Shown here: in pieces, positions 61,004-64,000 of the stretch
Position numbering within the stretch: the stretch's first letter is position 1
Layout of the letters: every line of letters begins with the position of its first letter
Source of the DNA: an uncultured Bifidobacteriaceae bacterium
GTDB taxonomy: Bacteria > Acidobacteriota > Vicinamibacteria > Vicinamibacterales > UBA2999
Length of the DNA: 64,000 bases
NCBI GenBank assembly: GCA_964372085.1
Contig: CAYJPQ010000001.1
Coordinates: forward strand, 80,435-144,434
Direction of reading: 5' to 3'
Notes under the pieces: model-generated
What the model was told of the DNA's origin: nothing
The model's database searches: none
The model's input: only the letters and a program-made list of their open reading frames with translations
Position numbers and translations under genes: made by a program

Positions 61004-64000
61004 ATGCATCGGCGCGCTCTCGCACGCTGCACCGGAGGCGCGGCCCTCACCCGCTCCCCGCGCGCAGGCCGGGTGTCCCCCTTCGTCCTCGGGCTGCTCG
61101 CCACCGGATCGGCGGCCTGCTCCGGGACGCCGGCGCCTCCGCCGACGGCGCTGCCCGCCCACGTCGACGTCACCCCCGCGCCCGCGCCGCCGCCGGTGAT
61201 CTCGGCGGCGCGCTGGGTCCGCGGCGGCGGCGCGACCACGCTCGGCCCGCTGGTCCCGGCGGGGCAGCTCGTCCTCCTCGGCGGCCGCCGCGCCCTCGTG
61301 GCCAAGGACGGCTCGGTGAAGGTCGAGACCGCGCCCGCGCCCGAGCCGATCCTGGAGCTCGCGCTCGTGCCGATCGGCCCGGGCGAGCGCCGCATCGTCG
61401 GCCGCGGCGCCCACGGCATCTACCGCTTCGACGATCCGCTCGGCGCGCCGGCGCTCCTCGCCCGCAGCGAGGTCGAGCTCAAGGGGCTCGGCTCGGGGCC
61501 GGGGCTGGTCGCGGTGTGGGACACGCAGTCGGAGCTGCCGCGCTTCCTCGATCTCGAGACCGGAAAGCCGGGCGCGTTCCCGAGCCTGCCCGCCCTGCCG
61601 GTGCGCGCGATGGCGTTCCGCAACGGCGAGGAGGGCGCGGCGCTCTTCCACGCCGCCGGCCTCGCCACCACCACCGACGGCGGCGCCAGCTGGCGGCCGG
61701 TCGCGGACACCGTCGGAGGCGACGCCCTCCGCGTGAACGGCCTGCGCCTGCGCGGCGACGAGGTCCGCGCCTTCCTCTACGACGTCGGCCGCGACGCCCT
61801 CGTCGATCCGGCGCAGGCGAAGCTCGGGACGCTCGACGAGCTCCCGCCCGCCGGCGACGAGCCCCCGCTGGTCCGCTGGATCCGCACCACCGGGCGCGAT
61901 CCGCTCGAGGCGGCGATCACGAGCGGCGCCCTCTCGGGGCCCACGCAGGCGACCGTCGCGAGCCACGGCCTCTTCGCGCGCGTCGATCTGAAGACGGGCC
62001 TGGTCGAGGACCTCGCCGAGTTCGCGCGCGGCGGCGGCGTCAACGCCTGCGCCGTCGGCCGCGCCGCGACCGCGGTCTGGGTCGGCTGCGCCCTCTCGGA
62101 GGAGAACGAGGGCGATCTCTACGATCCCTTCGGCGTCGTCGCCCTGCCGCTCACCGGCAAGCTCGTCAGCGAGCGCCCGGTCGTGGCCCGCAACGGCGAG
62201 GCCGAGCTCCGCACCTCGCCGAGCGGCGGCGCGATGCTCCTCTCCTCGTGCAACGCCGACGAGGACGGCTCGGCCTGCGTGCGCCAGCCGGACGGCCGCT
62301 GGCTCACGTTCAAGGTCGACACCGACATCGTCGAGCGCGGCGCCGGCCCGCTCGCCGACGGCCGCATGGCCTTCCTCCGCGGGCTCTACGAGGGCGACGA
62401 TCCGCCGGCCTCGGCCGACGCCGAGGGCGAAGGCGCGCCCGCCGGCGTGCGCGCGCCCTACCCCGTCGTCGTCGACGCGACCGGGGCCGAGCAGCGCTTC
62501 GCGCCCTCGATCTGGAGCGGCCGCGCCAGCGGCGACTTCCGCGTGGCAAGCCCCATCCAGGAGGACGCCGATCGCGCGCTCCACTTCGCCCTCGACAACG
62601 AGGAGGGCGTGTTCGTCTTCGTCCAGCAGCACGGCGGCGAGGGCTCCCACTTCAAGCGCCAGGACGGCGCCACGCGCGTCCGCCTCGCCGGCGATCACGG
62701 CATGGCCGTGGGCCCGCGCAAGGTCGAGGCGACGCTCGACGGCGGCCGCAGCTTCAGCGAGGTCCCGGCGCCGCGCCGGGTGATGGAGAGCATCGAGCGC
62801 CTCGGGGGGATGATCGACGAGCCCGGCGTCTTCGTGATCGGCGAGGTCGGCGCCAAGGTTGACTCCGAGCTCCGCCTCGGCTGGGGCCCGGCCGAGCCCG
62901 CGCCGCCCGAGCCGGCGCTCGCCGGCGGCTCGCTGCTCGAGCCGCGCCCCGGCGCCGCGCCGCTCGGGCCCGAGCAGGCGCTCTCGTGCAAGGCCGAGGG
63001 GCCGGCGGCGAGCACCCCGCCGCTCTTGGGCTCGCATCAGATCCGAGCGCTGCTCGCGACGACGCCCGCGGCGCCCAAGGGCACGCGGCGCGAGATCACC
63101 GCGACCGGGAGCGGCCGCACCTTCGAGCCGATCGCGGTGCTCGAGGAGCAAGGGCCGGCCAAGCCCGGCTCGACGCCCGCGACGTGGACGCTGCGCTGGC
63201 ACGATCCGCTCGAGATCGGCGGCAAGCCGCACACGTGGACGGGGCCGCCGCCCAAGGGCATGGGCTGGGGCGCGTCGCTGCGAACGGTGGCGGCGAGCGG
63301 CGGGCGCGCCGTGTTCTCGATCCGCGCCGGCGGCAAGTACCTGCTCGCGCGGACGAAGCCGGGAGGCGGGCTCGAGCTGCTCGAGGTGTCGTTCGCGGAG
63401 CTGCCCTCGTCCGACGTCGTGTTCGGCACCGATCGCGGCGAGCCGATCGCGTGGCTGCGCGAGACGACGCTCTACGTGTGGCTCGCCGGGGAGGCGCCGC
63501 GGCCGATCGGATCGATCGCGCAGCAGGCGCTGCGCACGCTGGGGCAGCCGACGAAGGACGGGGTTCCGGTGCTCGTGGGGGCGAGCGATTGGGCGGCGGC
63601 GCGGACGTTCGCGATCCCTGCGAAGGCGGCGGACAAGGCCAAGGACAAGGACAAAGACAAGGACAAGGACAAGGGCGACAAGGACAAGGCCGGGAAGGAC
63701 AAGCGGCCGCCGCCGCCTTCGCTCGACGGGTGGGTGCCGGTCGTGAACGTGCGCCGGGAGGCGGGGCGGCTCCCCGCGTGCGCCGACGCGCGCCAGGCGC
63801 CGGGGGCTTTCCGGCTCAGCGTCGCCCGCTCGGCGCTCGACGTCGCCGTCGACGCGCTGCCGGCGACGGCGCAGACCGCGCTCTACGAGGTGCGCCTCAC
63901 CCCGCCCGCGTCCGGCGCCGCGCCGGCGGCCGGGCAGGCGTGCGTCACGGGCCTGGCCGCGCTGGTGAGCCCGGCGCGCAAGGCGCCGCCCGCCGGCACC
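61004..64000 (+). CDS. large hypothetical (lipo)protein, 3' end beyond the window
   Basis: Not in the ORF track because it has no stop. I translated frame 2 from ATG 61004 to 64000 by hand and found 999 sense codons with GC-rich third positions. The N-terminus is MHRRALARCTGGAALTRSPRAGRVSPFVLGLLATGSAACSG. The track ORFs 60940-62862, 62859-63746 and 60989-63232(-) are shadow frames. Confidence 0.75.
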   Translation, partial: MHRRALARCTGGAALTRSPRAGRVSPFVLGLLATGSAACSGTPAPPPTALPAHVDVTPAPAPPPVISAARWVRGGGATTLGPLVPAGQLVLLGGRRALVAKDGSVKVETAPAPEPILELALVPIGPGERRIVGRGAHGIYRFDDPLGAPALLARSEVELKGLGSGPGLVAVWDTQSELPRFLDLETGKPGAFPSLPALPVRAMAFRNGEEGAALFHAAGLATTTDGGASWRPVADTVGGDALRVNGLRLRGDEVRAFLYDVGRDALVDPAQAKLGTLDELPPAGDEPPLVRWIRTTGRDPLEAAITSGALSGPTQATVASHGLFARVDLKTGLVEDLAEFARGGGVNACAVGRAATAVWVGCALSEENEGDLYDPFGVVALPLTGKLVSERPVVARNGEAELRTSPSGGAMLLSSCNADEDGSACVRQPDGRWLTFKVDTDIVERGAGPLADGRMAFLRGLYEGDDPPASADAEGEGAPAGVRAPYPVVVDATGAEQRFAPSIWSGRASGDFRVASPIQEDADRALHFALDNEEGVFVFVQQHGGEGSHFKRQDGATRVRLAGDHGMAVGPRKVEATLDGGRSFSEVPAPRRVMESIERLGGMIDEPGVFVIGEVGAKVDSELRLGWGPAEPAPPEPALAGGSLLEPRPGAAPLGPEQALSCKAEGPAASTPPLLGSHQIRALLATTPAAPKGTRREITATGSGRTFEPIAVLEEQGPAKPGSTPATWTLRWHDPLEIGGKPHTWTGPPPKGMGWGASLRTVAASGGRAVFSIRAGGKYLLARTKPGGGLELLEVSFAELPSSDVVFGTDRGEPIAWLRETTLYVWLAGEAPRPIGSIAQQALRTLGQPTKDGVPVLVGASDWAAARTFAIPAKAADKAKDKDKDKDKDKGDKDKAGKDKRPPPPSLDGWVPVVNVRREAGRLPACADARQAPGAFRLSVARSALDVAVDALPATAQTALYEVRLTPPASGAAPAAGQACVTGLAALVSPARKAPPAGT
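63632..63703. repeat. imperfect hexamer repeat (GACAAG)n encoding a (DK)n linker
   Basis: ADKAKDKDKDKDKDKGDKDKAGKDK inside the large ORF. It is seen as SLSLSLSL in the antisense track ORF 63472-63702. Confidence 0.85.

Overview
GC-rich, gene-dense 64-kb window that appears to combine at least two unrelated genomic backgrounds. All family calls are by-eye motif recognition on the ORF track and the raw sequence; no searches were run.

Block 1 (1-42.37 kb) is a chromosomal stretch whose protein repertoire looks Acidobacteriota-like, which is an inference. It carries:
- core genes: citrate synthase, an M16 peptidase pair, a cyclic amidohydrolase plus AroM, a processive GT2, larB, mutS2, a CocE/NonD hydrolase and a beta-lactamase-family hydrolase
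- a TetR-linked OMP / ABC / FtsX / LolA-like operon
- a PAS-GAF hybrid histidine kinase
- dnaG-rpoD-tRNA(CAU), a Zn-ribbon gene plus RNase HI, and rapA
- a short accessory run of toxin-antitoxin-like genes: an NTase-like pair, Uma2, and RHH-MNT/HEPN

The spacers of block 1 carry an unusual family of 7-8-nt tandem arrays and long inverted repeats that sit exactly on gene termini.

Blocks 2 (42.45-52.35 kb) and 3 (52.43-64.0 kb) have visibly higher third-position GC and Myxococcota-type content:
- an ECF sigma factor with Ser/Thr kinases, and a PEGA protein
- UvrD/PcrA
- a tandem double Ddl-like ATP-grasp protein
- Cys-rich lipoproteins
- a matrixin with a MYXO-CTERM-like tail
- a Myxococcus-type cysteine-rich-repeat lipoprotein split by a frameshift
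- uppP
- an ORF of at least 999 codons that runs off the right edge and is absent from the ORF track

The three blocks are separated by two similar composite G/C-homopolymer tracts of about 70 nt (42377-42443 and 52352-52424), in direct orientation. Whether these mark an assembly chimera or a genuine insertion is the most important thing to verify.

No rRNA, CRISPR array, integrase or transposase was seen.
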